In this document: positions 50,331 through 64,000 of the stretch, piece after piece
Layout: each line of letters opens with the position of its first letter
Position numbering within the stretch: position 1 is the first letter of the stretch
Assembly: GCF_006345805.1 (NCBI RefSeq)
Contig: NC_043013.1
Span: 58,094,001-58,158,000, forward strand
DNA: 64,000 nucleotides
Source: Octopus sinensis
Lineage: Eukaryota
Reading direction: 5' to 3'
Position numbers and translations under genes: made by a program
Notes under the pieces: model-generated
Databases searched by the model: none
What the model was told of the DNA's origin: nothing
What the model saw: the letters and a program-made list of their open reading frames with translations, nothing else

Positions 50331-53300
50331 CGTTGGTAAATAAATAATTCATCATCAATTTTTTCAGCGTTTTTTATTGTTTATTATTTTGGCATTTAAC
50401 ATTATTTCTCCTAATAATCAATCGATTCTAATGTTTTAATTAGTAAGATTATTGCATATAAATTGGCATGGCTATGCCTGTGCGTTCTCTGCTAATTATA
50501 ATACTAATTCACGTGAAATAGCATTATGGTTATTAAATATTTTCGTCTCTCTTTTATCCTTTAATTCATAGTTTATCTTTATAATGTTTGACATATTTGA
50601 TATGGTAATATCATGTATGATTGCAAACTCCAACCCATATCAGTATGGAGAATAGAGAATTATTATTTACGCATTAGTAAAGATAATGAGGTTGATTCAC
50701 AAATTATCAAGCATTTAAATACAACTTAAGTTTGCATTGACATTTGAGAATTAACATCGAGGTGAACCATGAAATCATAAAGGAGATCCATTAAGATCCA
50801 TTCTTCCAATGGATCTTAAATATGGTTGCATTTCAGCTCTAGTGTGCATAGGGCTCCAATTGTATCCCTCGTAGTTCCTTAGTTTCTTTTACTGTAAGTT
50901 GTTTCTGAAATATTTCCTTTCCGTTTTTAAGATACAAGATGGAGAGACAGGGGTGGAGAGAGAGAGAGGTAATTAGAAGTGAAACATCTCATAACAAAAC
51001 TTACGTTTTCGTTATGAAACAATTTAGAGGAAACTATCTTTTATATTTCGAACTGTGTATCAGCTCTTCCAGAATTTATCATGACCTATTTCCCAGCTCC
51101 TTCCACTGTAATGCCATTAACCGTTTTGTCTCTTCATATGATGGCAATGTTATAGTATCAGCTAGGCTGTTGCATCTGTCATATGCCGTAGATAATTACC
51201 GCTAATTAAACGTAACACTAATTATTATTCTTTCCGTTATATCAGTTTTCAAGAAGGTTAATTATAACAGTTGTGAGAAAGATAATTGTTCTGTTTGCGG
51301 TGAAGGCGTTTAATAAACTGCGATTTCTTTGCGTAAAAGCCCAAGATAACAAAGTTCATTATTCTCTTGCATTCATTCAAAAGCAAATTGAGTCTAAAGA
51401 TGCTGATATCTTTGCTTCTATGATAAGAAAAGCGTTCATAAGCTGAAGTAGATGCCACTCTATTCACGGTAAAAACATAAGATGCAGGAAGAATGCGAAA
51501 CAGAGAAGCAGAACTGAGACGAAAAGTAGCAAATCACAAATGATATTTTATTTTTAATTAACGTGACTGAACATAAGGTTTCTTTGAGTAAGTTTTGAGC
51601 AGATTATTGTGAAATCATCAACAATAAAATAATGCTGTAAACCTACGTCACACTAGTTCACACAATGGTTTCAGAATGGAAGTCAATTTAGTAAATTTGC
51701 GCATGCTCAATAGAGAAACCATATTTACATCAGGTGCAAATATTTACTGTAATTGGGATACAACAGCGTCTTTAAATGAATGTTCTCAGGTACCAAGAGA
51801 GTGCGTGTAAATCAGTGAGAGATGAATATAGCAAATGAAAACATTCAAAGTAAAATGATGAGTACATCCCTCGACTATATACTACTCTGAGACACGCACA
51901 CATCAACAAAAGTATATCCATATGCACACAAACATACGTACACATATGTGTGAGGGATTTCCACACAGTGTTTCAACGCTATTTCCACTCATAGCGTATT
52001 GTTTTAACCTGTACTAGCAGACGATATTTCTTCACAATGATAGACAGTGATATACATTATAGAAATAATTTGTTACAAGTATACTGCCATAACTACAGAC
52101 CCAAGCCCGAGTAAGTAACGCATTTAAATCGTGTAATAATTGCGAATCCATTACATTGCATGATAATCGGATTTTGGTTACCAAACCGAAAGTTGATCCT
52201 CGTTCACAGTGGCCTTTAAAATATTTGCGAACAGTTTTGTTCATTGCCAGTTCCACCTTAATGATGTGCTGTTTTTGCTTTCATGGTTGCCATTGTTGTA
52301 GTTTTTCTTGTTGCTCAGACCCTGATCAATCCTGGAAGCGTAGATCAATAATCAATTGGCTTCTGCCGTAAAATTTAATAAATTCGTTTTAAGGTATCGT
52401 GAATCTACGAATACCTGAATCAATTCCCATGTATTATTAGGCAATAATCAATATTCCATTTGTTGTGACATTATGGGGAGAAAGTAGGAAACGTTTGCAC
52501 CCAAATTACCCTGATTTGATCAGTTCCGTCTTCGAAAAAAATTCAATGTGCAAACCATGGTGGGTTTGCAGGATGGAGGTTATGAAAGCAATATTAAGGG
52601 GAGGGTTCAATGTTAGCGCCACAAGACGAAATAGAAGTGAAGAAGTAAAATATATGTTGTGGCCGCACTTTGCCGAAACATTTTAATTCTCTATTCAGAA
52701 ATTTATACACCTCTCTTGTATGTCTCTTGGGCGGTCGGTTTTGCCAATACATTTACATCCCTACCTACAATCATCAAGTTTTACAGATCAAATTAATATA
52801 CTCAACTCTCATTGACTCAATGCTCAGGACTAACTCTAGACTCAACGGTTTAGTTCTTGGAAAGTTATCTAACTGTAATGGCTATGGTGGCGATTAATAA
52901 AAAATATCCAAGAATCCCAGACTATTTTAATATCACACAACGAATGTACAATTGTAAAAAGAGAAAAGAATACAAACCTACAATTTTTAAAAATATGTAT
53001 GATTAGTAAACATAAATTGGCAGTTTCTGGACTGTTGTGTCATTTGACCCCTCCGTTAAAAACATGAAATATAGATTTGATAATATAAACCTTCTTTTAT
53101 CAAAACAACTTGTTATTTTGCTGAAGATTTTTTTTTCTATCCATTTCGCAGTATTCCATATTTTATCATTTTGTTTTCAAATGAAATCAGAATTTATCCA
53201 GATATAATATATTTTCCTTTCATCTGACATTGTTGATTCAGATTTTTTTATAATCGTGCACAGGTTAGAGCAGAACTACAGAAATAGCTGCATGGATATA

Positions 53301-53859
53301 GGTTGCTTTCCTCTTCTCTGTTTGGTCCTCAAAAATATCTTGCTGTGTTATTTTGTTGTATTTGATTCCATTTTTTCCACCACCCCTCCCTTCGACAAAT
53401 TTCCATCATTCAGAAACGCTTTAAACAACATAATATTGATCGGTGACAGTTCTCACTGCAATGCCGAAAGTTTTTAGAATTTAAATCTAATTTCTCTGTT
53501 TATCAATATTAGTGTATTTGGAATCTGAGGGAGTGTTTCATGTTTGTTCCGGCATATCTTTTAAAGATGTTACTGAGCACTGCAAATCTTTTGAAGATAT
53601 TCATTATAAATACTTTTCTTCGATTTTCATCCTCTTTGCTTTCAGATGTCAATAAAGTACAATTAACCAGCTCTTATCTCTTTACTTCATTTCCAACCGA
53701 ATCTTACTTTTTTTTACTATCATATCTTCTGCTTTTGTCCTCCTTTTTCAATCCCATCTCTCTGTTAATTCATCATTTCGCTTTCATTTTTTCTTCTCTC
53801 TCCTACCTATCTTCCCCTTCTCTCTCTCTCCCCAATTGTCACTCTCTCTCTCCTTCACA

Positions 53860-53861
<2 letters not shown>

Positions 53862-53933
<72 letters not shown>
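53862..53933. repeat. (CT)n microsatellite
   Basis: About 36 perfect units. Confidence 0.97.
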
Positions 53934-53934
<1 letters not shown>

Positions 53935-54809
53935 ATAAATGTCTTTTACTTCTTTATCTCTGCTATCGACTTTGCTATTTTTCTTCATCCCATGCTGAGT
54001 ATGAAATTTGTTTGCCTCTCTTCTCCGTTTCTTTTGTACTTTTCTTTGATACAAAAATATTTCTCTGCCAGCAGAGATGCTTTTCTCTTCTTGACTGTCT
54101 TGTCGTCCCTCTTTCTTTCTTTCTTCATCTTCCATCAGACCACTACAATCTGTTGCTATAACAGTTAATCAGTTCCCGTTCCTCTGATCACTAAGTGACA
54201 ACAATACGTACACAACACTTACAAATACACACACACACACATATATGTACTTTATATTTCTTGCTGTTTCCTGGCACTTTGATTATAAACGAATGCACAA
54301 ACACACACTACATGCATTCAAACTTACAGAAATACACACAAAACTTTAGCCACCTTCAAAGACAGCAACAGTATATCCAAAGTTATCGAGATTTCTGTTT
54401 GCAAGTCAATATTTTACATGTAACACAGTTTCAATTCCTAGACGTGACCAACTGACTTCAGTTAACACTATTGACAAACCTTGTAAGTGACAACAGCCAC
54501 GAAAAATCGTTCCTTCTCCTATATATTTGCCGTTTCTAACTTTTTTATTTGTCCTCTTTGCCTAAATATATGCCACATTAATACATTAATATATTTCAGT
54601 ACATTTGTAAAACTAGAAGGATATACCAGTTCATTTGGGATTGAGAGCCAACTAATACTCATAGTAATCGAAGTTACATGTAAGAAACCGTTCTGTAGAT
54701 GGCGTTTAATAGCAGCACATTTGCTTGATAAGTAAAACATACGTGTCAAAGACCTGTATTAATATCTGGCACAATAGTTCTTGCAGAAGTACACTGTATG
54801 ATACGGTTT

Positions 54810-55100
54810 ATAAACTGGCCGAGTGTCCCAGTAGATCCGACTAACGGAGCAGCCGGCTCGGAAGATTATCGTGCAAGTGGCTCAACACTCCACACGCACG
54901 TAGTATTCAGGGAGATTCAGCGTGACACAGAATGTAACAAGGTTGGTCCTTTGCAATATAGATACTACTTGTTTCTCCAGCTGAGAAGACTTTGGCAACG
55001 TGAAAATAGTCTAGCTCAAGGACAAAACATGCCACTGGGAATCGAACTCACGACCTCGGGCTCGTCAGCCGAATACCTCTAAATAAGTAGCCACGTGATT
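54810..55100 (-). mobile_element. tRNA-derived SINE, same family as 48093-48405
   Basis: 'gggaatcgaactcacgacc' is the B-box reverse complement; shares 'cagggagattcagcgtgacaca'. Confidence 0.75.
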
Positions 55101-58007
55101 TCACAAGTTTTATAAATCTAGAAATAAATACAAGCGTAGCATACATTTGAGCTACAATTTTCCAGTCTCCGACGCCTTAATATTTCTTCTCGCCTTTTTC
55201 TCGTTCCTCGAAATAAGCAAATTGTTTTTTTTACATTCGTTTCATAAATACTTAACAGTAAAACAAAAGCTTCTCGATTTATGACTCGAAGACACGAGAA
55301 CTCATGAGCACCTTCTTATTTGCCTCTCACAAAGTAGTTATGGCAGACTTCACAAGCTTAAGTTCATTCCAGGAGTGTTTTGGAGTTCCGTATAACTTTT
55401 TGGAAAATATCCTTTGAGAAATGGTGACACTGTTTCAAGACAAACATCGCCAGTAACATGCATGTGCGCACACGCATGTGTATGTGTGAGAGAGAGTGGC
55501 TTTTTGTTCGTTTATTTATATGTGTGCATATACACATATATATGGATGGATAGACAAACAGATAGAGAGAGACAGACAGACAGACAGAGATAGACAATTA
55601 CAATGAGGAGATATAAAGCTTGGCTTTTGTATCTGAGTTAATAGCAAGATGTTTAAATAAAATGACATTTTTAAGCAATCAGTTATTCGTGCATATCAAG
55701 AATGCTTCAATGAGCATGTTAACTTTATTTACTTTATTTTAGTTTTGTTGTTTCCATCAGTAGCATCATCATCATCATCATCCTTACCAACAGCATAACC
55801 ACAGCCACCATCCCGATCATCATCTTTCTGTCCCAATCGTCATCCCTTCGTCCGTCATCTTTTCAACATAGTTATCTGAATAATGACGCCTTGCTGCTGG
55901 ACTCTTTCCATTATCACTAGTGCCACCAAAGCATTTTTTATGCTAGAAGCAAGTGAAATACAATGATGATGGTGGTGGTGGTGGCGGTGCTGCAGCTGAT
56001 GAGGATGACGATGAAAGCAGCCACACTTTTATTGGACGCAAGCGCTCGCAATGTACAATGAAATAATCTGGCGTTACATAAGGAATTTTCAAATATGTGG
56101 GGGGGGGGTGCACAGAAGTTATATAAAGACAAAGTGAGGAGGAGAAAAGGATATCTCTTTCAAATGGGATGAGTTTAATATATAGGAGAGGATAATGAAA
56201 GGCCAACATTCCCAGCTCTTTTATAGGGCTTATAAAACTGGTGGACCGGTAATCCGAAAAGAGAATATGTTAAATAAAATCATGATTAATTGATCTTCTT
56301 GCATTTTCTTTCACCTACAGCCAGGAACGTATATAACAAAATGCAAATAATTTCATGGATTAAATATGTATTTGATTAAACATATCCGAGGCGAAACAAA
56401 GCAACTTATAACACATGGTGGGAAAGCCGCCTTCTCTTTTAATCTAAACACACCACATTCTTGATGAAACAATCTTCGAATTCTCCCCTGTGTTGTTAAT
56501 ATTAAAGATTCCAGGATCTTCTGTAAGGAATTCCTAGAGTGCAATGAGTCAACGCGGCCCCTTGTCTTGGAGGTTATTGATGTATAACACCTTGTAATGT
56601 CATTGTGAAATTTTTATTACTACAATATCTTGTTTATGTCCTTCGAAATGAAATGTCACCTTCTTTCCAATTAGCACCTGTTTGAAATGTAATGACCTAT
56701 TTCATATAGGTGTGACTTAGGTACATTTGTTTTGCATATTAATTCCTGCTTATCTGAGATGGAAGCGTTTCGTCCCTTCAAGGAGATTGTTTTACCTCTT
56801 CAGAGAGTTCACCATTTCACCAGGGACAAGTCTTTTGCCACAGTCTTTCATTGCCCGTTTCCATTTTTCTCTTTCAGGCATTTACCGTTTTCCTCAAAAA
56901 CGGAAACATTGTTCTCAAAAGCGGCAATATAAATTCTAATTATGAATGAAATAATAATGATCTTGATAGCATTGGAAAGAGACTTAGATTTTATGCTAAA
57001 GGAATTATTGAAATTGAATGGTTCAGAAAAGTCTTATCTTGTAATGAAAAAAAAAGCAATACAAATTTCTAAGAAACGAAAATTATTTCTCAGACAATAA
57101 TCGAATGTTTTCTAACAATAAAAAAAGTGAAAAATAAAGTAATAAAAATATTTCCTGTTAGAGAATGATGGATTAATGGTTGAACTGATTTATTGCCATC
57201 TTGTTAAATTCATAATAGCAATTTGAAACACGTACCTATGTTTTATTTTATATTTAGTAGGCAAAAAATATATATTTTATGTAAATATAGCCGAATCCTG
57301 TGAATGTGTGTGTGTCTTGTAGCTTTTTTGTTTGTTGATTCCTTCGAGAAGATGCTGTTTCAGTTTCAAGCAGAGTATCCCAGATTGTCAGGTAAATATA
57401 CTTCCAAGCAGATTAAATGTTCTGGTTTAATGACAGAATTTAAGAAATATAGCAATGGGTATTAGATCTAAAGACATGCAGATCTAGTTTTCTTCCAAGT
57501 TTTAATGTGAAAAATTACACTTAATGCACTATCCATTTATGTTGCTATCCGCTTATTTGAGGCGGTGCATTTTTATGCCGTAGATAAGACATTATAAACA
57601 GACAAGCCATCGTACGTAGATACTTGCGGGTAATTATATATATATAATGGAATTACAACATACAGACATGTCTCTCTCTCTCTCTAGTCAAATCATTGTA
57701 TAGAGATGAGTCATTGTTAAAACTAATGGTGGTGTTTATAGACACTTCATGGAATATAAACATGTGATAGTTTATACAGAAATCACCTCTTGTAGACATG
57801 TCGTTAGACATTGTAGTTATAGCAAGTAGACAAGATATTATACAGAAACCTGTCTTTGTATATACACATGACGTCACATGAAGACAAAGCAATGTTATCG
57901 TGTATAGAAATGCTACTGTATATAAACGAGCCATTGTACATAGCTATATTATTGTGTAGAGACAGGTCCTTGTACATAAACAAGTTAGTGTATATATATA
58001 TATATAT

Positions 58008-58041
<34 letters not shown>

Positions 58042-60609
58042 ATATGTTGTCTTATATAGAGAGATGATTGTAAGCATTCATCAACCGTAAACCAGACATA
58101 TGATACATGGGACCACTCGGTATACCCACTTACTTATGATGCTCCTTTCATGCAAAATGTTATTGATGCATGAATTATCATAGCAAAATACTTTATTCTG
58201 TAAGAGTTAACCATCTGATTTTATATGTGTGTCTGAGTTTTACACACTGCTTTTATATTATTCCATTTCTGTTTATCTAACCCTAGTCGGCTCTGATTAA
58301 GCTGCCGTTTAATCAGATATTCCGGTTCTAATTATCCAGTAATTTTCTAAAGAGTTATTTAAATACAGTATCCCAAGTGTCGCTCCCGTAATCATTTAGA
58401 ATGGTGTACTTTGATGGACATTTTGCAACTTTTTATGGTGATCAGTAAAATTGTCCTCGTACTTTGTGTGCTCTTTGTCTCTCATAGAATGTGTTTTGAT
58501 TTCATTACTTTTCCTCTCAGATGGAAACAAATGGTTCACGTCTGAAGCGACAACTGCCAATATTTATCTAATATTCAAAATAACATTATCTATCTTCATT
58601 TGTTTGCAATTACTTTATGATTTATCTACCCCTAATAAACCACAAATAAATAAATATTGATATAACTAAATAATTCTGTGTATTAAATTACTGACAAATA
58701 ATAAATTCCGTTTTTAAAATCTTCGTGAGGGACACTGAAAGTTTTTTTTTTCGTGTTTTTTTTTTCTTGTTAATTTCGGAAAGATAATGGATGGAAGGCT
58801 GACGTCTAAGGGTAACTAGTTCAATATTTTTTCTGTGAAATAATGAACAAGTAAAGCAATAATTTATATAAGTAAACCCTATTTATCTTCTTATTGAGAA
58901 ACAATACAAAACTAAAGCAACAAAGACTAATAAATACACAAAAGTAATACAATATTGATTAATCGCTGATTTAATTGCTAATGTAATGTAATAACTGACT
59001 TAGAAACGATGATTTTAAACGAAGAAACTGTGTGAAAGCTCATTGCTCTACAGCTTATTTCTATCTTTGAATAATAACGTTCAAGAAACAACCCCATCAC
59101 ACACCAGAAGAGAAAAAGATTACAACAGGAAAAATAGGAAAATATAGAAAATGGTATAAGAGACGCAGATTATGATGTGATGGAACAAATAAGAATCGCA
59201 GTAAAAGGTCAATGTTCACAGAAGCCAATTTCTTAGGTTATTAATGGATGGTGCCAGAGTGCCGGTTGGCAGAATCGTTACTCTTCAGTCTATTTGTAAT
59301 AAACAGAAGGAAGAGAAAATGAGAAGCTTTTAATTATTGCCTTAATGACTGCGTAGATATTTATCCATTAACTTTAGCTCTATGTGTTTCATGCAACGCA
59401 TTAAAGTTTCCCAGAGTATGTGTGGGTGGGTGCGTGCGAGTGTGCATATGCGTGACGCTATATTGATTCTTGTGTATCTGTTCATGTGCATTCATGCAAG
59501 ATAATTTTGCAAGCATACACACATTCATATACAAACACCCACACACACATATGCACACGCACACACACATACATACACAAACATATATATGTATATGTAT
59601 CTATATACTTATTAAATGTGAAATGACATGAGAAGGTACAAACTCATTTACATAGAAGTAGGAGGCTAATGAACGGACATTAATTAATATATCACCAACA
59701 GAAAGGTTTTTAGAAATAAAAATATGCTTAATCTGTCATATTGCTTTGTATTTTGTTCGTGATTAAGAAGTATGTTCACAGAATTATAACTCTATGTATC
59801 TCGTGTGGGAAATTAGGAATTATAAAATTATTGCGACAGTTTCGGATAAGAATTGAAACTGATAGATTCAATGTTAAAGTTGCAGCGAGAAGGAGAGACT
59901 TGCCATTCGTCGTCACCTGTTTTCTGTTCTTCTTTCAGATTTGTGTGTAACATTCAGAAGAGCCACTAACTGTAAAATCAATTTATCTCAACAAAATAAC
60001 TATCCGACCACGCACCAAATGCGAAAAAAAATTTGGTTGCAAGATGTGAGAGGATGAAACAAAATACACACACGCATAGAAGAAAAAAAATGATAAAATT
60101 AATTGCTTTTCGCCTGTTTTCCATAACTTAAACGCTTTGCTAAAATGATAAAAACGAACGTGCAGATTATATATTCCGAACTAATTAATGAAAAAGCATA
60201 AAAGTCCAGTAAAATTTAGCATTTTGAATTTTTTTGTGGCATATTACACCGAAGGATTTTATTTTGTTGGTTTAATCCGGATTTTACAAAATTACAATAT
60301 TAAAAGATAAAATCAAATGAATTAAGAAGCATTAAATAGCAAAGAATTCCTGGGCTTTACGAACTCTCTTCTGCTACTTGCAATCTATTTATCAACACAA
60401 TTCTTTCATTATTAACCTTCCCCACTTCCTTTGCAATTAGCCTCTGTAGAATTACAAATAGTAAGCATCAGATATTTAGCTTTTTATTGTGCGCGCGAGC
60501 ACCTGAGCATATTAGGAATCTTTATTAACATAGAAATATGTTGAAGATAATCCTAAACAAGGAAACTCGTATAACTACAATAGGTATAAAACAATACGTT
60601 TTACTCAAG

Positions 60610-60805
60610 CTGCAGGGCCTGAAATTTGGGGGAGGGAGTTAGTCAATTACATCGACCCCAGTGCTCGACTGGAACTAATTTTATCCATCTCGAAGTATGG
60701 AAGGCAAAGTTGATAATGGCGAAATTTTATTTCAGAACGTTAAAACGGGAATAAATCACGCTAAGCGTTTTACTCGGCGCGATAAGGACTATATTAGCTC
60801 ACTGT
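60610..60805 (-). mobile_element. CORE-type SINE
   Basis: Reverse-complement similarity to 14232-14447 (ctcagaacgt / tcagaacgtt, aggcaaagttga, catcgaccccagt). Confidence 0.6.
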
Positions 60806-62417
60806 CGTTGTATATGAAATTATAATAGCCAGAAATATGAGTTGGTTAAGGGTTATTTTAGTTTCAGGAAAATTGTAAAGTAGAATATGGAATAATCAAA
60901 GACATTCAGACTTTATCCATCTAAGAATTTGTAGTTTAACATAGTGTACTCTCGTTGTAAAGTATTTGTTTGCACGTCAAACAAATAGCTGAAGATTCTT
61001 AGTAGATTTAATAACCTTGTTCGTTTACATGTAAGATAATTGTGAAAACAGCAACACAGACATATCGTTGGTAGCAGGAGTGGCGAGGAAGCGAATATTT
61101 TCAAACGTGTATTCCTTTCTTTCACTTATAGCAGAACAAGAACAATTCTCTGTTAATCGAATTAAACAGATTATGTGCAGATTTAAATAGCGTCAGATAT
61201 TTTTCAGTGTTCAGCCCTTCAGATGTATCATTTTGGAATTGGCAAATACGAAGATGACCTCTAACCAGCAATCCCATACATCAAAATTAGAACATACTTA
61301 TATGACCTGTAATCTATAACCGTATGGATCAGGACGCACTCGATACGAATTCATTACTATAGTGCAATATTTTGAAGGTAGCCTGACAAAACTCAAGGCA
61401 ACAGGACCATTCTTGTTTGATATGTATATAAATACCAGAAGATATTCTTTCATCGAGCTAAAATTATTCCTCCATTTAGAAATTAATATTAAATTCAAGT
61501 GTGAGACCAGTACTCGTTTCGTTGAAGTTAACGTGGTTATAGCTTAGTCTTGAGTACGGAATCAATGTGCAAAACGAATGATATTGCTGGCTTGGGATAA
61601 TAAACATCAAGTAATTATAAGAATATTTATCAAGCTAGTTCGAATAATAAATAATAGAATGACTGCAGTATTAATAAATTTTATGTCTTCAGTTGATTTA
61701 TTCTGCAAGACTTTAGCTTAGTGTTGAGAATTTGCTAAATTTCTTTTAACAGTTTTCCAGATAACATTGGTGAAGATGTCTAAAATTCCGGGAAGAGATT
61801 TGGCGTAGACACACTGTATGCGATAACAATAGATAAGGTTGCAATAACAGCGCAGTGAACATCAAATCTTGGTTGTACGTTGTTATATAAAATATGAGTT
61901 TAGTTATTTCAATGAACAAAACGGGGGACTTCGATAATAATCTAATTCTACTCAGTTATACACTCGTCACAATTTGAGGATCTTTGGTTAAATTCGGGCT
62001 TCGCTGAGGTCAAATAAGACCGTTACTTATTCATATTTGGCTTCTGAAGATGCTAAAATCAGCATGGTTAATTATTATACTAAGCTACGCTGATTCTTCT
62101 CCAAATATGCAATTCATCCTAGTTAAAGGTTTGGTGCTTCCTACATTTCTTTGTCTTATGTAAAACTGGTCAAAGAAAGAAGTATGGTTATTTGTCTACA
62201 AAATTGTCTCGCAGTCCAGCTCCAATATTTACACAGTTGGCTTCACAAAGAAAGCACACGATTTCTTCTTAGAAATAAATATGAAGTAAGAGTAGGGAAG
62301 AAGCGTGCCATAGAAATGGTGAGTGTTCTGTATGTTAACGGCAAGGAGCCTATTATAGAACTACATAACTATATAAGTAATATAGAAAGTTTACGATAGA
62401 TATATTTATACATCTAC

Positions 62418-62483
<66 letters not shown>

Positions 62484-63066
62484 CTGTACACATACACACA
62501 CACATATGTATATACACATATTACATATGCACACAGACATATTCATACATATATATGTATGTATGTAAACGCACACATGCAATTCAGTAGCATGCCTACA
62601 TAATATTTATAAGAAAATTAGCAAATCTCTTCCCGGAATTTTAGACATCTTCACCAATGTAAGCATAGATTAAATGAATGTTTGTAACTGCAAGTCGAAA
62701 GAGATATTTCTGACAGCGCCTTGAATATCTCGGGAGTTCATGTTTATTTAGACGAGATTATCGATGGAGTTCGCTTGAGTTCTAATTTATCTCAATCGTT
62801 TCTTTATCAATAAAAGGTTGTTTCTGTCCTTCATAATTGCCAAAATCAATGAAAGATATTTCTTTATTAACCACTGTAGAAGAGACTGGAATACGCTACC
62901 GGCTCATATTACGATTGCATATACACAGTCACATAATACACACACACACATGCATGCATACATACACATACATCCATATATATAAAGACACATGTATATA
63001 AGTTGTATATATATATGTGCATTTGCGTGTGTGCGTGTATGTGTGTGTATTTGTATTTATATACAT

Positions 63067-63145
63067 AAACTTAGACTTAGATAAACTTAGATATGTTTGG
63101 ACCAAAGATTGGTCCAGGCCATGTCTAACTTAATAGCACCACCTG
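63067..63145 (-). mobile_element. Extreme 3' end (about 80 bp) of a CR1/L2 family C/D-like LINE
   Basis: Minus strand caggtggtgctattaagttagacatggcctgg matches 33417-33448; TCTAAG tail repeats. Confidence 0.88.
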
Positions 63146-63184
63146 ATAGGATTATTCGAATCCTGTTTAAGATACAGATATTAA

Positions 63185-63215
<31 letters not shown>

Positions 63216-63835
63216 CACACATATATATATATACACTTATGTATGTAGATATGTATGTGTATGCATATATGCCTGTGTGTAAATATGTATACATGCAGGT
63301 ATAATGCTTCTGATACGCATGGGTTCCTGTGTTTGTGCATATACACACATACCTAGCTACATGCGTGTGTAATTGTAAGCCTATGTGTGTGTTTTATAGA
63401 TTTCTTAAGTTTAAAAGTAAAGCGGAAAGTATAATTGAGGTGGAAGTAGGGACACAGGTCCCTTGAATTAACCAGACGCCTTATTTGGGAGTTAATAAAC
63501 CAGAGGAAATCTTCTGTGAAATAAGGTTTTCCCCTGAAACTGATCGTTCCTTAAACAATATAGACGTAAAAATCTGCTACGTGTACACATGTTTATGTAT
63601 GCTTGTGTGTGTGCGTGTGTGTGTATAATATATAGTATATATATATATATAATGTGTGTGTAGAGTGAGGTAGATAGATAGATAAATATATATATATATA
63701 TACATATATATACATATACATATGCATATAAACAAATAAATATATATATGTTTATATACAAATATACTTATAGATATATGTATACATATATGCATATATA
63801 TGTATAATATTCTTTATATGTGTGTGTCTTTCAAC

Positions 63836-63873
<38 letters not shown>

Positions 63874-64000
63874 GCGCACATTTTCAAGGAAATAGTCATC
63901 ACTTTATCCTACATATTTATTTTCAATATTTATGTGCGTGTTTTCTTGCGTGTGTATTTGTGTGTCTGTGTGTGCGTCTGCGCGCATATGTGTGCGTGTG

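Noticed and set aside
56760-56810. Minus-strand CTGAAGA...GGGACGAAACG candidate
   Set aside because: No stem I and no NUH triplet.
59939-60045. Exon-like segment with a strong acceptor and GT donor (similar acceptors near 38553 on -, 45397, 54137, 56319 and 58520)
   Set aside because: Peptides are unrecognisable, no consistent multi-exon model emerges, and such signals are common in AT-rich DNA. RNA-seq is needed; a host gene cannot be excluded.

Overview
This is AT-rich eukaryotic genomic DNA dominated by (TA)n, (CA)n and (TAA)n microsatellites and retroelement debris. The repeat landscape suggests a cephalopod (Octopus-like); that assignment is inference. I could not confidently identify a host protein-coding gene. 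Most ORFs in the track are microsatellite read-through or antisense frames of LINEs. Main content: (i) a cluster of R4/Dong-like restriction-endonuclease LINE fragments at (TAA)n arrays (9-14 kb); (ii) several Penelope-like elements (PLEs, RT + GIY-YIG) and PLE-type terminal-repeat fragments (4.7-44 kb); (iii) three CR1/L2-type APE LINE families, two RTE 3' ends, tRNA-derived SINEs, one mariner fragment and one MITE. Reading by eye, I find about 14 type I hammerhead ribozyme (HHR) motifs from about 9 unrelated sequence families. The standout is a non-coding, highly structured 484-bp unit in tandem (22206-23116). Each copy carries an intact HHR, and double cleavage would release a 482-nt monomer (retrozyme/circRNA-like). 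A second candidate is a 587-bp unit with 80-bp terminal redundancy and a canonical GUC hammerhead (30021-30688). All RNA structures were parsed manually, not computed.
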